Below are positions 8,036 through 16,183 of a stretch of DNA of 48,775 bases, piece by piece. Position 1 is the first letter of the stretch. Every line of letters starts with the position of its first letter. The position numbers and the translations under genes were made by a program. The stretch is from a virus. The notes beneath the pieces are model-generated. The model did no database searches. It had not been told where the DNA came from and was given only the letters and a program-made list of their open reading frames with translations. The DNA is taken from the IMG/VR virus record IMGVR_UViG_3300025875_000045; one strand, 5' to 3'.

Positions 8036-8176
8036 ATGAAAAACAATCCTAAAGGATCTGGCAGGAAAGAAAAATACAATACACAAAGCACTACTACCAG
8101 CTTTCGTGTGCCTTCGGATCAAAAAGACTATATAAGAGGTGTAGTTAACCGTTGGCTAGACAAATTTAAAAAGTAA
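8036..8176 (+). CDS. Small basic protein (46 aa), possibly ribbon-helix-helix like; paralog of 21482..21631
   Basis: MKNNPKGSGRKEKYNTQSTTTSFRVPSDQKDYIRGVVNRWLDKFKK. It shares the G-R-K-x-K-Y, strand, Pro, helix pattern with the 49-aa protein in the other cassette. Confidence 0.4.
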   Translation: MKNNPKGSGRKEKYNTQSTTTSFRVPSDQKDYIRGVVNRWLDKFKK

Positions 8177-8235
8177 CACAACCCTATTTTCGTCGCATCA
8201 GATAGGGATTTTCTCATTTAATAAATTATGAAATT

Positions 8236-8502
8236 ATGAGTACAAAAAGCACCAAACACAATGACCCCGCATTTCCCACATTGGTATATGATGAGAAATC
8301 AGGAATGCCAAACGGTCACTACGAGGGAATTACCTTAAGGGATTATTTCGCTGCTAAGGCTATGCAGGCTATTATAAGCAATTCAGATACTCTTAGAGAA
8401 TGCATTAATTACGCAATTAAAGACAACATTGAGAGCAATGATGAAGTTGCATTTAAGGCTTATGCTATGGCTGATGCGATGCTTAAACAACGTGAGTTAT
8501 GA
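8236..8502 (+). CDS. Hypothetical protein (88 aa)
   Basis: ORF in the cassette. The YEGITLRDYFAAKAMQAII segment looks like a recurrent phage domain of unknown function. Confidence 0.55.
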   Translation: MSTKSTKHNDPAFPTLVYDEKSGMPNGHYEGITLRDYFAAKAMQAIISNSDTLRECINYAIKDNIESNDEVAFKAYAMADAMLKQREL

Positions 8503-8810
8503 TTTTAACAGAGAAATGCAAAGTCGCTTTTGAGGAGTGGTGTTCGGATAACTATAGCCAGATGATAAATACTGAATTTGATGAGTCTTATTCTGTTTTT
8601 ATATCATGCATGCCTTATGTGTGTGAAAATGCCCTTATAACTGAATTTTTTGATAGCGTAGGAATTTATATATCTATCCAAAGGTTAAGTGTAACTGGGT
8701 GGTATAACTTCAATATAAATGACAAATATACTACCTCCTTTGCATCACGCACCGAAGCCCTTAAAGCCGCAATTACCGAAGCTAATAGATTGTTTAACGA
8801 TAAAAATTGA
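8499..8810 (+). CDS. Hypothetical protein (103 aa)
   Basis: ATGA overlap with the upstream gene. Confidence 0.55.
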   Translation: MILTEKCKVAFEEWCSDNYSQMINTEFDESYSVFISCMPYVCENALITEFFDSVGIYISIQRLSVTGWYNFNINDKYTTSFASRTEALKAAITEANRLFNDKN

Positions 8811-8814
8811 GAGT

Positions 8815-9000
8815 ATGAAAATACTAATATCTTTTATAGCATCAATATTAGCATGGGAACTATTAAAATATATTATACATCGCAAATCCCCCATATACTC
8901 CAAAGAAATACCTGACTTCAAATACACATCATATCCACCACCCCGACCCACAACTTCAACAACTTACAATGTTAACTTTAAATATGAGTATAAGCAATGA
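8815..9000 (+). CDS. Small membrane protein (61 aa)
   Basis: Start moved to the internal MKILISFIASILAWELLKYII (N-terminal TM helix), because the track start at 8719 overlaps the previous gene. Confidence 0.45.
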   Translation: MKILISFIASILAWELLKYIIHRKSPIYSKEIPDFKYTSYPPPRPTTSTTYNVNFKYEYKQ

Positions 9001-9182
9001 TTGAAATACTACAATACGCCCTTTCAGGATTTTGGAAATTCTTAGGGTTTTTAATAATACTCTGTTTACTACTGCAAACCGTTGTAACTATTATAAACAC
9101 GATATTCAGGCACATAAATATTAACAAACATGGTTGTCCACCGCCTCATTGTGATGCAGATGGAGACTTTAAAGAAGATTAG
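8997..9182 (+). CDS. Small membrane protein (61 aa)
   Basis: Hydrophobic FWKFLGFLIILCLLLQTVVTIINTIF segment. ATGA overlap with the upstream ORF. Confidence 0.5.
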   Translation: MIEILQYALSGFWKFLGFLIILCLLLQTVVTIINTIFRHININKHGCPPPHCDADGDFKED

Positions 9183-9202
9183 CCCCATAACGGGGCTTTT
9201 TT
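9181..9202. terminator. Bidirectional intrinsic terminator between the plus-strand cassette and the tape measure gene
   Basis: agcccc-ataac-ggggct followed by tttttt, located between convergent genes. Confidence 0.65.
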
Positions 9203-12200
9203 ATCCCTTAAAAGTAACCCCCGTAAATGTAACAAGGTTGTTGTGTGACTTTGTTATGCTGTTCTGATTGGTACTAAACGCCCTTATCCCCCGCTTATCT
9301 ATACTTATGTTGTTACTAGCCACATTACCCGCCAATACGCTATTCATTACCTCGTACATATCCGCTTTGAAGTTAGTACCATCCCCTCCAATATTAGGTA
9401 ACCCACCAAACAAAGTACCACTATTCCTTAAGAAATCAGTATCGGACTTAAATACATCTGCGCCTTTTGGTAGATCCACCAACGTATCAGTTGAAGGTGT
9501 ACGCCATAAACCACCATCTTTAGTCCTTACTATCTCACTTCTGCCACCATCCCCAACAACGGCTAAACCACCACCAAAGTTACGCACACCATCTTTAAAC
9601 TGTGGTATATCCTGACTTGCTATTAAAGCTATTTGCGCTGCTCCTAATGCGCCAACTAATACAGATAGGGGTATATTAGGTAAAGCTGCTACAACTCCCT
9701 GTGCGGTGTTTACAATAGCGTTAAATAGAGCTATCTCTTTTTGTTGCTTAGCTTCCCTGTTTCGTGCTTCACGTCTTTTCTCATCAGCTTGGTCTTGTAT
9801 CTGCTGTTTTGCTTCTTCTGTTATTGCAAAGCGTTCAGCTAAACGCTGTTGCATGTCTATTTCGGCTAAGTCATTTTCTAACCTCTGTTGTGAGTTTTGA
9901 TTAAGAAGATTAAAGGCTTGTTGCGCTATTTCTGTTACTGTGGTAAACACAACTGCAAACTGTTTACTTATGTTATCCCCAGCACCTTTAAAATTACGCT
10001 CAAACTGTGTTAAACCATCCTCTCCTTTTTTAAAGAATTGTTCTAAAGCGGTCAACCCTAAATCTCCAAATATACCGTCACTAAAACTAGATAAATATTC
10101 ATCGGTAGCACGTTTTAATTCCAGTGTAAGCTGCGTGCTTTTATCGTAACGTGCCTGTTCAGCATTTTGTAAATCTGTAGTTAACTTAATCTCTTTATTC
10201 CTTAAGTCTACATAGGTTTTAGAATTTTGCTCATCTACGCCCATACCTGCCATGAGTGCTTGTGTGCGCCTTAATTCTACCCTAATACGCCTTTCTTCAC
10301 CATCCTCAACTATAGCTGTTTTGCGTTCTTCTAGCTCTTTAAATTTAGCATATGATGTGTTAGGAGTTACATTGTTCAACTCCATATTCAATTGCCTTAA
10401 ATTGGCTAACTGCTCTTCATCTATAATGTTAACTTCCTGCTGGTCGTTTATCGCATCTAATACACCTTTAAGTTTTCTGGCTGCCTCTATTGTTAAGTCA
10501 CTTTTCTTGTTAAGATAGTTCTCGTCTATAGTTTGCCTTTTAATATAATACTGCCTTTCAAGTTCTATAAGATTGGTATTAGTAGCTGTACCTTCTTTCA
10601 AGGCGGCTGCGTACGTTTCTTTTTGATTTTTATACTCTAAGTCATTAAGCCGTTGCGCTTCTTGAGCTTGAATGTTTAGTAGTTCTTCTTGTTTAGCATA
10701 ATAAGCATTAGCTGCATCTAATCTAACAGTATAGTTTTTATCCTCATTATTCATTAACCTTTCCTGCTGTTCTATTTGGAAATTAATGTTTTGTACTATT
10801 TGCTCATTTATAGCACGTAAATAGTCTATATCGGCTTTTTGGTTTTTCTTCTTGTCGCCCCCATAGTATTTTTTATTAACTACTACCCCATCCTCCATTG
10901 TCTGATTAGCGGCATCTAAAGCACCCTGAAACTTTCCTAATTGTATGGCATTATCCTCTAATGCCTGACTTTGTTGTCTTATGGTTTTATCATCTCCTAG
11001 AATATCAAAAAAGTTACTTATTACTCCATCTTTAGCTCTTTCTGCGCGTGCATCTTTTGTAGCTTGTATATTGGCTAATAAGGCTCTCCTTTCGGCTTCT
11101 AATTGATTTATTTGCTCTTGGTGAAAGGCGGCATTTTCTCGTGCCTTTTCTAAAGTAGCGGCTTCCCCTATTTCTTTATTTAATTCTTCATATATAGCTA
11201 ATTCGGTTCTTAGTGCAGTTTCTCTAATACCTTCTTGCAAATAGTTATCTCTGCTTCTCTCGCCTCCCGCAATTAAATTAAACCCTTTTACAACATCAGC
11301 AGTTAGCTTTATAATCCCTCTTAATGACTTGCTTATAACCCCATCACTTTCACTAAACGTCCTTATTAGATTAGTCCATTCATTTCCTAGTCGTGTTGTG
11401 GCTGCCGCTAAAGTTTCTACTCGGTTTAAATTCTCTATACCATAAGCTTTTTCTAATTGTTTAGCGAATTCAGGCAACACCTCTGCCGCCATAACTTTAC
11501 CGTCTTTAAGTAATTTATTTAATTCTATTTCGGTAACACCCATAGATTTTGCTAAAATACCAAACGCCCCCGGTAATCTTTCTGCTAACTGTCCTCTTAT
11601 TTCCTCTGCCTGAACATTGCCTTTGGAAATCATTTGCTGCAATGCTAAAAATGCTCCTTGCTGCTGCTCTACGCTTAAACCCATTGCACCCGAAGCCTTA
11701 GCAACGCTTTCAAAAATATCGTTTATTTGTTTTGAAGTTATCTCACCCGCATCTATGGCGTTTTTTGCTGCTGCGTAAAAACCAGTATAAGACCTAGTAA
11801 GTCCATTGATTTCTATCCCGTATGCCTCTGATATTCTGGTTAAAAACTCCTGTGACTTAGCAAAACCTTCTTGCGTTCCTACTACTTGCTTCATTGCAAA
11901 CCCTAAAGACTGTAATTCTTTGGTAGTTTGAAACACATCTTTAGCCACCATGGCAAAAGCTGTAACACCTCCTACTATACCAAAAGCACCTACTAAATCT
12001 TTTATGCCTCTTACAGCTTGCATCGGGTAATTACCCACGTTCCTATTAAATCTACCTACGGCTCTATCTGCTGTTGTTACCCTTTGGTTTAGTCGGTCAA
12101 ATTCCCTCTGTGCATTTTGAAGTTCCCTGTCATATTCCCTTTGAGTTTGTGTGGCTGTTCTACCCCTAACTATTAAATCCTGAACTACCCTAGCTGCTGC

Positions 12201-12635
12201 GGCTTGCTGTCTACTTAATTGTAAATAAGCACTGCCAAGTAAATTAGTTGAACGTTGCTGCCTTTCCTCTGCCCTTCGTTGATCTTCGCTTAACCTTAAT
12301 CGTTCCCTTTCAGTTCTTATCCTTTCGCGTTCGGCACGTTCATTGTTTATATTTGCTGTTGTGTTGTTATTTGTGGCGGTAGTTGAAGCATTAGCGGCAT
12401 TTACTAAACGTTCTTGTAGCTGGACTTGCGCCCTCATTAATGAGTTTGTGGTTTTCAGTACGTTGTTAAGGCTATTTATTGATGTGACAAATTGGCTGGG
12501 AAGTTTAAGATTTTTAGCTGCATTGTTTACCTTATTAATATTTTCTACTGTTTTTAGAAACTCTGCGTTTAATTTTCGTACTTCTTTGTATTCGGCTAAT
12601 GCGCCTGTTTCTATCATTTCGCTATTGTTAGCCAT
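9201..12635 (-). CDS. Tail tape measure protein (1144 aa)
   Basis: Longest ORF, with very long helical/coiled-coil Q/E/R/A-rich content and a hydrophobic Gly/Ala-rich segment (GIVGGVTAFAMVA). It follows the tail tube and chaperone-position genes. Confidence 0.85.
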   Translation of the reverse strand: MANNSEMIETGALAEYKEVRKLNAEFLKTVENINKVNNAAKNLKLPSQFVTSINSLNNVLKTTNSLMRAQVQLQERLVNAANASTTATNNNTTANINNERAERERIRTERERLRLSEDQRRAEERQQRSTNLLGSAYLQLSRQQAAAARVVQDLIVRGRTATQTQREYDRELQNAQREFDRLNQRVTTADRAVGRFNRNVGNYPMQAVRGIKDLVGAFGIVGGVTAFAMVAKDVFQTTKELQSLGFAMKQVVGTQEGFAKSQEFLTRISEAYGIEINGLTRSYTGFYAAAKNAIDAGEITSKQINDIFESVAKASGAMGLSVEQQQGAFLALQQMISKGNVQAEEIRGQLAERLPGAFGILAKSMGVTEIELNKLLKDGKVMAAEVLPEFAKQLEKAYGIENLNRVETLAAATTRLGNEWTNLIRTFSESDGVISKSLRGIIKLTADVVKGFNLIAGGERSRDNYLQEGIRETALRTELAIYEELNKEIGEAATLEKARENAAFHQEQINQLEAERRALLANIQATKDARAERAKDGVISNFFDILGDDKTIRQQSQALEDNAIQLGKFQGALDAANQTMEDGVVVNKKYYGGDKKKNQKADIDYLRAINEQIVQNINFQIEQQERLMNNEDKNYTVRLDAANAYYAKQEELLNIQAQEAQRLNDLEYKNQKETYAAALKEGTATNTNLIELERQYYIKRQTIDENYLNKKSDLTIEAARKLKGVLDAINDQQEVNIIDEEQLANLRQLNMELNNVTPNTSYAKFKELEERKTAIVEDGEERRIRVELRRTQALMAGMGVDEQNSKTYVDLRNKEIKLTTDLQNAEQARYDKSTQLTLELKRATDEYLSSFSDGIFGDLGLTALEQFFKKGEDGLTQFERNFKGAGDNISKQFAVVFTTVTEIAQQAFNLLNQNSQQRLENDLAEIDMQQRLAERFAITEEAKQQIQDQADEKRREARNREAKQQKEIALFNAIVNTAQGVVAALPNIPLSVLVGALGAAQIALIASQDIPQFKDGVRNFGGGLAVVGDGGRSEIVRTKDGGLWRTPSTDTLVDLPKGADVFKSDTDFLRNSGTLFGGLPNIGGDGTNFKADMYEVMNSVLAGNVASNNISIDKRGIRAFSTNQNSITKSHNNLVTFTGVTFKG

Positions 12636-13215
12636 GTTTTTTCTTGCTTTGTTGTTTTACAATATCCCTAGAAATTATTTTAAGTTCAGTAAAATATCTT
12701 AAACTATCTTCGTCATTAAGTCTTACTCCGCTTATTCTAGCCATAGTTAATACATCTTTCTCAAAACTAGATTTTATATTGCTGCCCGTAACTTTTGAGC
12801 TATCCTCAAGTTCACTTATTTGAGCCATTAAAGCCCCTATTACCGAATTATGAACTCTTTCTATTTCTTTTGATAATGGCTTATCTTTGCTGAACTTGAC
12901 TTTTATATACTCAATAGAATTAATTATGTCTATCTGCTCATTTAATTCATCTTGAGTAGATGGTAAAAACACCATTGCAAATAATATGGTTTCAATAACT
13001 GAAACAATGGCTTGAATCCTTTTAATTTGCTCTTTTTTGTCATAAATAGAACTAAGCTCGTAGTTTTTTTCTATATCACACAATTCATCTAATATCGAAT
13101 AAAAAGCGGCTTCTTTTTCCTCTGGTGTACCTTCCCCTAAAGCGTCAAGATTTGACTTGTCTATTATCTCTTTATAAAACAACTTGGCGGGTATGTCGCA
13201 ATTGGTATATAGCAT
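12628..13215 (-). CDS. Hypothetical acidic helical protein (195 aa), possible tail assembly chaperone
   Basis: Lies immediately upstream of the tape measure and overlaps it by 8 nt. Confidence 0.4.
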   Translation of the reverse strand: MLYTNCDIPAKLFYKEIIDKSNLDALGEGTPEEKEAAFYSILDELCDIEKNYELSSIYDKKEQIKRIQAIVSVIETILFAMVFLPSTQDELNEQIDIINSIEYIKVKFSKDKPLSKEIERVHNSVIGALMAQISELEDSSKVTGSNIKSSFEKDVLTMARISGVRLNDEDSLRYFTELKIISRDIVKQQSKKKHG

Positions 13216-13665
13216 TTATCCTTGTCGTATTAATTTAATAGTGTATTGCCTAAGTTTAGGAGCATATTCTTGTTTGTCTATTTTAGTAAATGTTCTTTGA
13301 TTAAGACCAAATATATCCTTGCTATATGCCGTAGACAATAACCCTGCCTTGCTATTTCCGCTATCAAAGGTATATCTATTACCGCCTAGCGGTAAAACAA
13401 ACAGGCTATTAACAAATGCCCCTGTATTAATAAGGTCAACTTGTCCATAGCCTGCAAGTGGGTTCTTTAGGTATTTACGGTTAGCGTATGAATCGCTCCT
13501 GTATTCCCCTATTTTAGTATAATCAGGTAATAAACCAAATTCAAACTCATTCCTTTTCGCCTTTTTTAGCGGCTCTGGATTTTTCGTTATTATTTGCGAC
13601 ATTTCCTGTTGAAGCCTCGGTAGCGTTATTCTGCTCAACCTCCTGCTTAGTTCCGCTGCTGTCAT
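13216..13665 (-). CDS. Hypothetical protein (149 aa); overlaps the 91-aa ORF and may be a frameshift extension
   Basis: ORF in the +1 frame relative to 13547..13822, with a 119-nt overlap. Confidence 0.45.
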   Translation of the reverse strand: MTAAELSRRLSRITLPRLQQEMSQIITKNPEPLKKAKRNEFEFGLLPDYTKIGEYRSDSYANRKYLKNPLAGYGQVDLINTGAFVNSLFVLPLGGNRYTFDSGNSKAGLLSTAYSKDIFGLNQRTFTKIDKQEYAPKLRQYTIKLIRQG

Positions 13666-13822
13666 GTTTAACCCTTGTTAGTAGCCTTTCAGCTTCTACC
13701 GTGTCTTTATACGGTAAGCTATCGGCTATTTTGTTAATTTGATCTTCTTTCGATAAAGATACAAATTTATCATAAGCTTTTTCGCTAAATGATACGCCTC
13801 CTATTTGTCTTGACTTTGCCAT
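13547..13822 (-). CDS. Hypothetical protein (91 aa) directly after the tail tube gene
   Basis: ORF with an A6G run (13567..13561) seven codons before its stop. Confidence 0.45.
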   Translation of the reverse strand: MAKSRQIGGVSFSEKAYDKFVSLSKEDQINKIADSLPYKDTVEAERLLTRVKHDSSGTKQEVEQNNATEASTGNVANNNEKSRAAKKGEKE

Positions 13823-13826
13823 GTTA

Positions 13827-14777
13827 TTATGCTGTTACGGTAAACGGTTTAGATTCTCCTTTTAGTAATGTTACATCGTCAGCAAGCAGCGCTGTTGCAA
13901 CAGGTGGTGTAGCCGTAGCATCCCATAATACAACTTTAACTTGGTGTCCTAGTGTTAAATCAGGGTCAAATGTTATTGTGTAGTTTCCTACTTCTATGCC
14001 TGTAGATACAGTATCTATAGATTCAACCGTATTGTCTGTCATGTCAACAACCCTAATGTTATCTACGGTAATCCCAGGCATCCCGTAGCCTCTATTTCCT
14101 AATCCATTTATGGTCACATTTATACCATTTGCAACAGAAGCTGAATTTATAACTACATAAGTAGATACAATTGGTTTTATATCTTTTACTATATTAAAAC
14201 CTAAACTGTCAGCAGTAATAACAGCCATTCTTCTGTTTATTTCAACCTCATTTGCAAGTTGCATATCTATAAGCGTTCTTGCACCTGTATCTCCTGTGGT
14301 TGGTCTGTATGTCTGTGTATTAAACATACTAAGGGTAAATCCTGAGAATTCAGTCTCATCGTTATTCCACGTACCATAGATGTTGTTATCCCTATCTATA
14401 AGTATAACTCCTCCCTGCATAGAGGTGTTTTTAGAAGATGCAGCAGATTGAAAAGCGATTCCGTGCCTAAACTCAAATTGTAGCATAGGAAGCCCATTAC
14501 GAACGGTTAAGGATATACCGCTGCTAAAGTCCTCATTAGTTGGATCAGCTGTGTTATCTGTAAACGCAGTGGCGTTATAAAAAAGGTCAAATGTAGTTTG
14601 CTGAACTAAAGCTATAACTTCTGCCTTAGTAAGCCCCTCTAGTTCTGATATGCTTAAACTCCACCCACTTGGTACTTTAATGAAAGAATACCATTCTTTT
14701 TTCTGGATAAACTCGCATGGGTTTAATCCCGTACCTAAGAAATCTTTGTTACACAATAATGTGTTTATTTGTGCCAT
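13827..14777 (-). CDS. Putative major tail (tube) protein, 316 aa
   Basis: Call rests on position (after the connector genes, before the chaperone-position ORFs and tape measure) and beta-rich composition. Confidence 0.45.
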   Translation of the reverse strand: MAQINTLLCNKDFLGTGLNPCEFIQKKEWYSFIKVPSGWSLSISELEGLTKAEVIALVQQTTFDLFYNATAFTDNTADPTNEDFSSGISLTVRNGLPMLQFEFRHGIAFQSAASSKNTSMQGGVILIDRDNNIYGTWNNDETEFSGFTLSMFNTQTYRPTTGDTGARTLIDMQLANEVEINRRMAVITADSLGFNIVKDIKPIVSTYVVINSASVANGINVTINGLGNRGYGMPGITVDNIRVVDMTDNTVESIDTVSTGIEVGNYTITFDPDLTLGHQVKVVLWDATATPPVATALLADDVTLLKGESKPFTVTA

Positions 14778-14796
14778 AGTTTTTTAAATTAAATTA

Positions 14797-15315
14797 TTAA
14801 GCGCAGTTTGTACCATTTGGATCAAAGCTATATATATCTACAATCAGCTTAAAGCAATGGTACGGCTGCAAATCATCTGTTATTTTAACTGTATAGTCAT
14901 CATACACCCTTTCTATTCCAGTAACTACTCTTGATATTTCCCCGTCAGGTATTCCATCTAAGGCATCTAAAACATCTTTATGCACTTCGCTATCACGCCT
15001 GTCATAACCTCCCTTTATTTCAACTAAATCAAGCGTAAAAAATAGCTGTATTTCAGTTGAATAATTTATAAAGTCTACCTTTTCCAAGTTTTCAGAAACT
15101 AAGAAGAAACATTTATTACCTTCGGCTGTTATCATATTGATATATTCGCCTTTAGATGTGTAATGCTCTATAGTCCTTAAATTATCCCTGAATACGGTGT
15201 AACATTTAGGGTATATGGCTAACATGTTGCTCCAACTTAGCTTTTTTTCAAGCTGTTTCTGTATGCTATCAATAACAGCATCTATGCCTATAGGGTTTTC
15301 TTTAGCTATTACCAT
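14797..15315 (-). CDS. Hypothetical head-tail joining/neck protein (172 aa)
   Basis: Position between the capsid and tail tube genes. Confidence 0.35.
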   Translation of the reverse strand: MVIAKENPIGIDAVIDSIQKQLEKKLSWSNMLAIYPKCYTVFRDNLRTIEHYTSKGEYINMITAEGNKCFFLVSENLEKVDFINYSTEIQLFFTLDLVEIKGGYDRRDSEVHKDVLDALDGIPDGEISRVVTGIERVYDDYTVKITDDLQPYHCFKLIVDIYSFDPNGTNCA

Positions 15316-15989
15316 AACTTTAGATTACCTTTTAGAGTTGGGTTAAGTGGTAAGGCAACTACTATGCCTCCATCCCCGTCAGGTGTTAATATAGCTCCAT
15401 CAGGGTATTTAACAGGAAACAAAACATTTATTACTTTACCTATAGCTTCGGCATACATAGCCCTTGCGCCTTGAGATACTAATCTGCCCTCCTGTGTAAA
15501 TGAACCCTCTAATTGTTGATACAATAAGTCTAAGCTAATTATGTTGCTTACAGTAGTCCGATTGCTTCTAATAGTAGTAGCTATCATTTCCATTGTTTTT
15601 ACAGCAACTGAATAGCCTATAGCCTCATCGAAAACCTGTTGAAAGTCCAATATTACATTAGAATAATCAAGTGCATAGTTAAGGCTTATTACGTTGTTTA
15701 GAACAGGGTATGCAGCCAATGTGTTAGTATCAAATACTTTTCCTAACACATCGCTTACACCCTCGCTTTTCAGCCTTTCTAATTCTACCTGCAACGTTTC
15801 ATTGGTAGCATCCTTATTGCTTAGGGATGCAAATACATTTTCTACCGTTACAAGAGAATTGAACCCGTTGAAATACCTGCCCGATACGCTTTCTGTATTT
15901 TCGTCAGTAAGCACAATAGTTGATGGTTGTATTGCTGGATACCAGCCAACCCTATTAACAAGTATTTCTTTGGATTCTATACTATACAT
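15309..15989 (-). CDS. Hypothetical head-tail connector protein (226 aa)
   Basis: Call rests on position only. Confidence 0.35.
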   Translation of the reverse strand: MYSIESKEILVNRVGWYPAIQPSTIVLTDENTESVSGRYFNGFNSLVTVENVFASLSNKDATNETLQVELERLKSEGVSDVLGKVFDTNTLAAYPVLNNVISLNYALDYSNVILDFQQVFDEAIGYSVAVKTMEMIATTIRSNRTTVSNIISLDLLYQQLEGSFTQEGRLVSQGARAMYAEAIGKVINVLFPVKYPDGAILTPDGDGGIVVALPLNPTLKGNLKLW

Positions 15990-16183
15990 TACTCTTGTTC
16001 TTCTTTAGTTTCATTAAACGTTACCACGCCTCTTTTTACAAGCGCATCCAGCCTGTCTGCATCTAAATCAGATACATCTGCTCCCACCTCGTAAGAAGTT
16101 GGGTAACCACCGTTAGCATACTTAGCAGAGTCTTTAAAAGCTACTGCCACTGTATATCCTGATTGTTGTTTCTTTCTAGCCAT
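15989..16183 (-). CDS. Hypothetical small protein (64 aa)
   Basis: ORF abutting the capsid gene stop (ATG/TAA overlap on both sides). Confidence 0.5.
   Translation of the reverse strand: MARKKQQSGYTVAVAFKDSAKYANGGYPTSYEVGADVSDLDADRLDALVKRGVVTFNETKEEQE

Noticed and set aside
9268-12702. Plus-strand ORFs antisense to the tape measure gene (9268..9615, 9706..9900, 9940..10149, 10252..10518, 12343..12702)
   Set aside because: All are embedded in the 1144-aa tape measure frame and are Ser/Leu/Cys-rich shadow translations. The same reasoning applies to the other antisense track ORFs: 5154..5369, 7713..7967, 8745..8951, 13789..13983, 15694..16008, 17888..18154, 18144..18425, 18578..18832, 19287..19484, 19801..20070, 22090..22278, 22579..22785, 23433..23705, 24900..25097, 25430..25612, 27689..27883, 27805..28071, 28158..28370, 28647..28901, 30469..30684, 30859..31089, 31131..31439, 32090..32311, 32399..32821, 33947..34180, 34989..35177, 36172..36564, 37716..37916, 38290..38502, 39124..39396, 42121..42396, 42959..43183, 44586..44963, 46122..46316 and 48207..48437.
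13561-13567. Classical -1 frameshift on A-AAA-AAG producing a G/GT-type fusion
   Set aside because: The heptamer is in phase only in the downstream ORF's frame. A -1 slip there would terminate after four codons. Only a +1 or -2 event could fuse the ORFs, so that is reported separately as a low-certainty finding.
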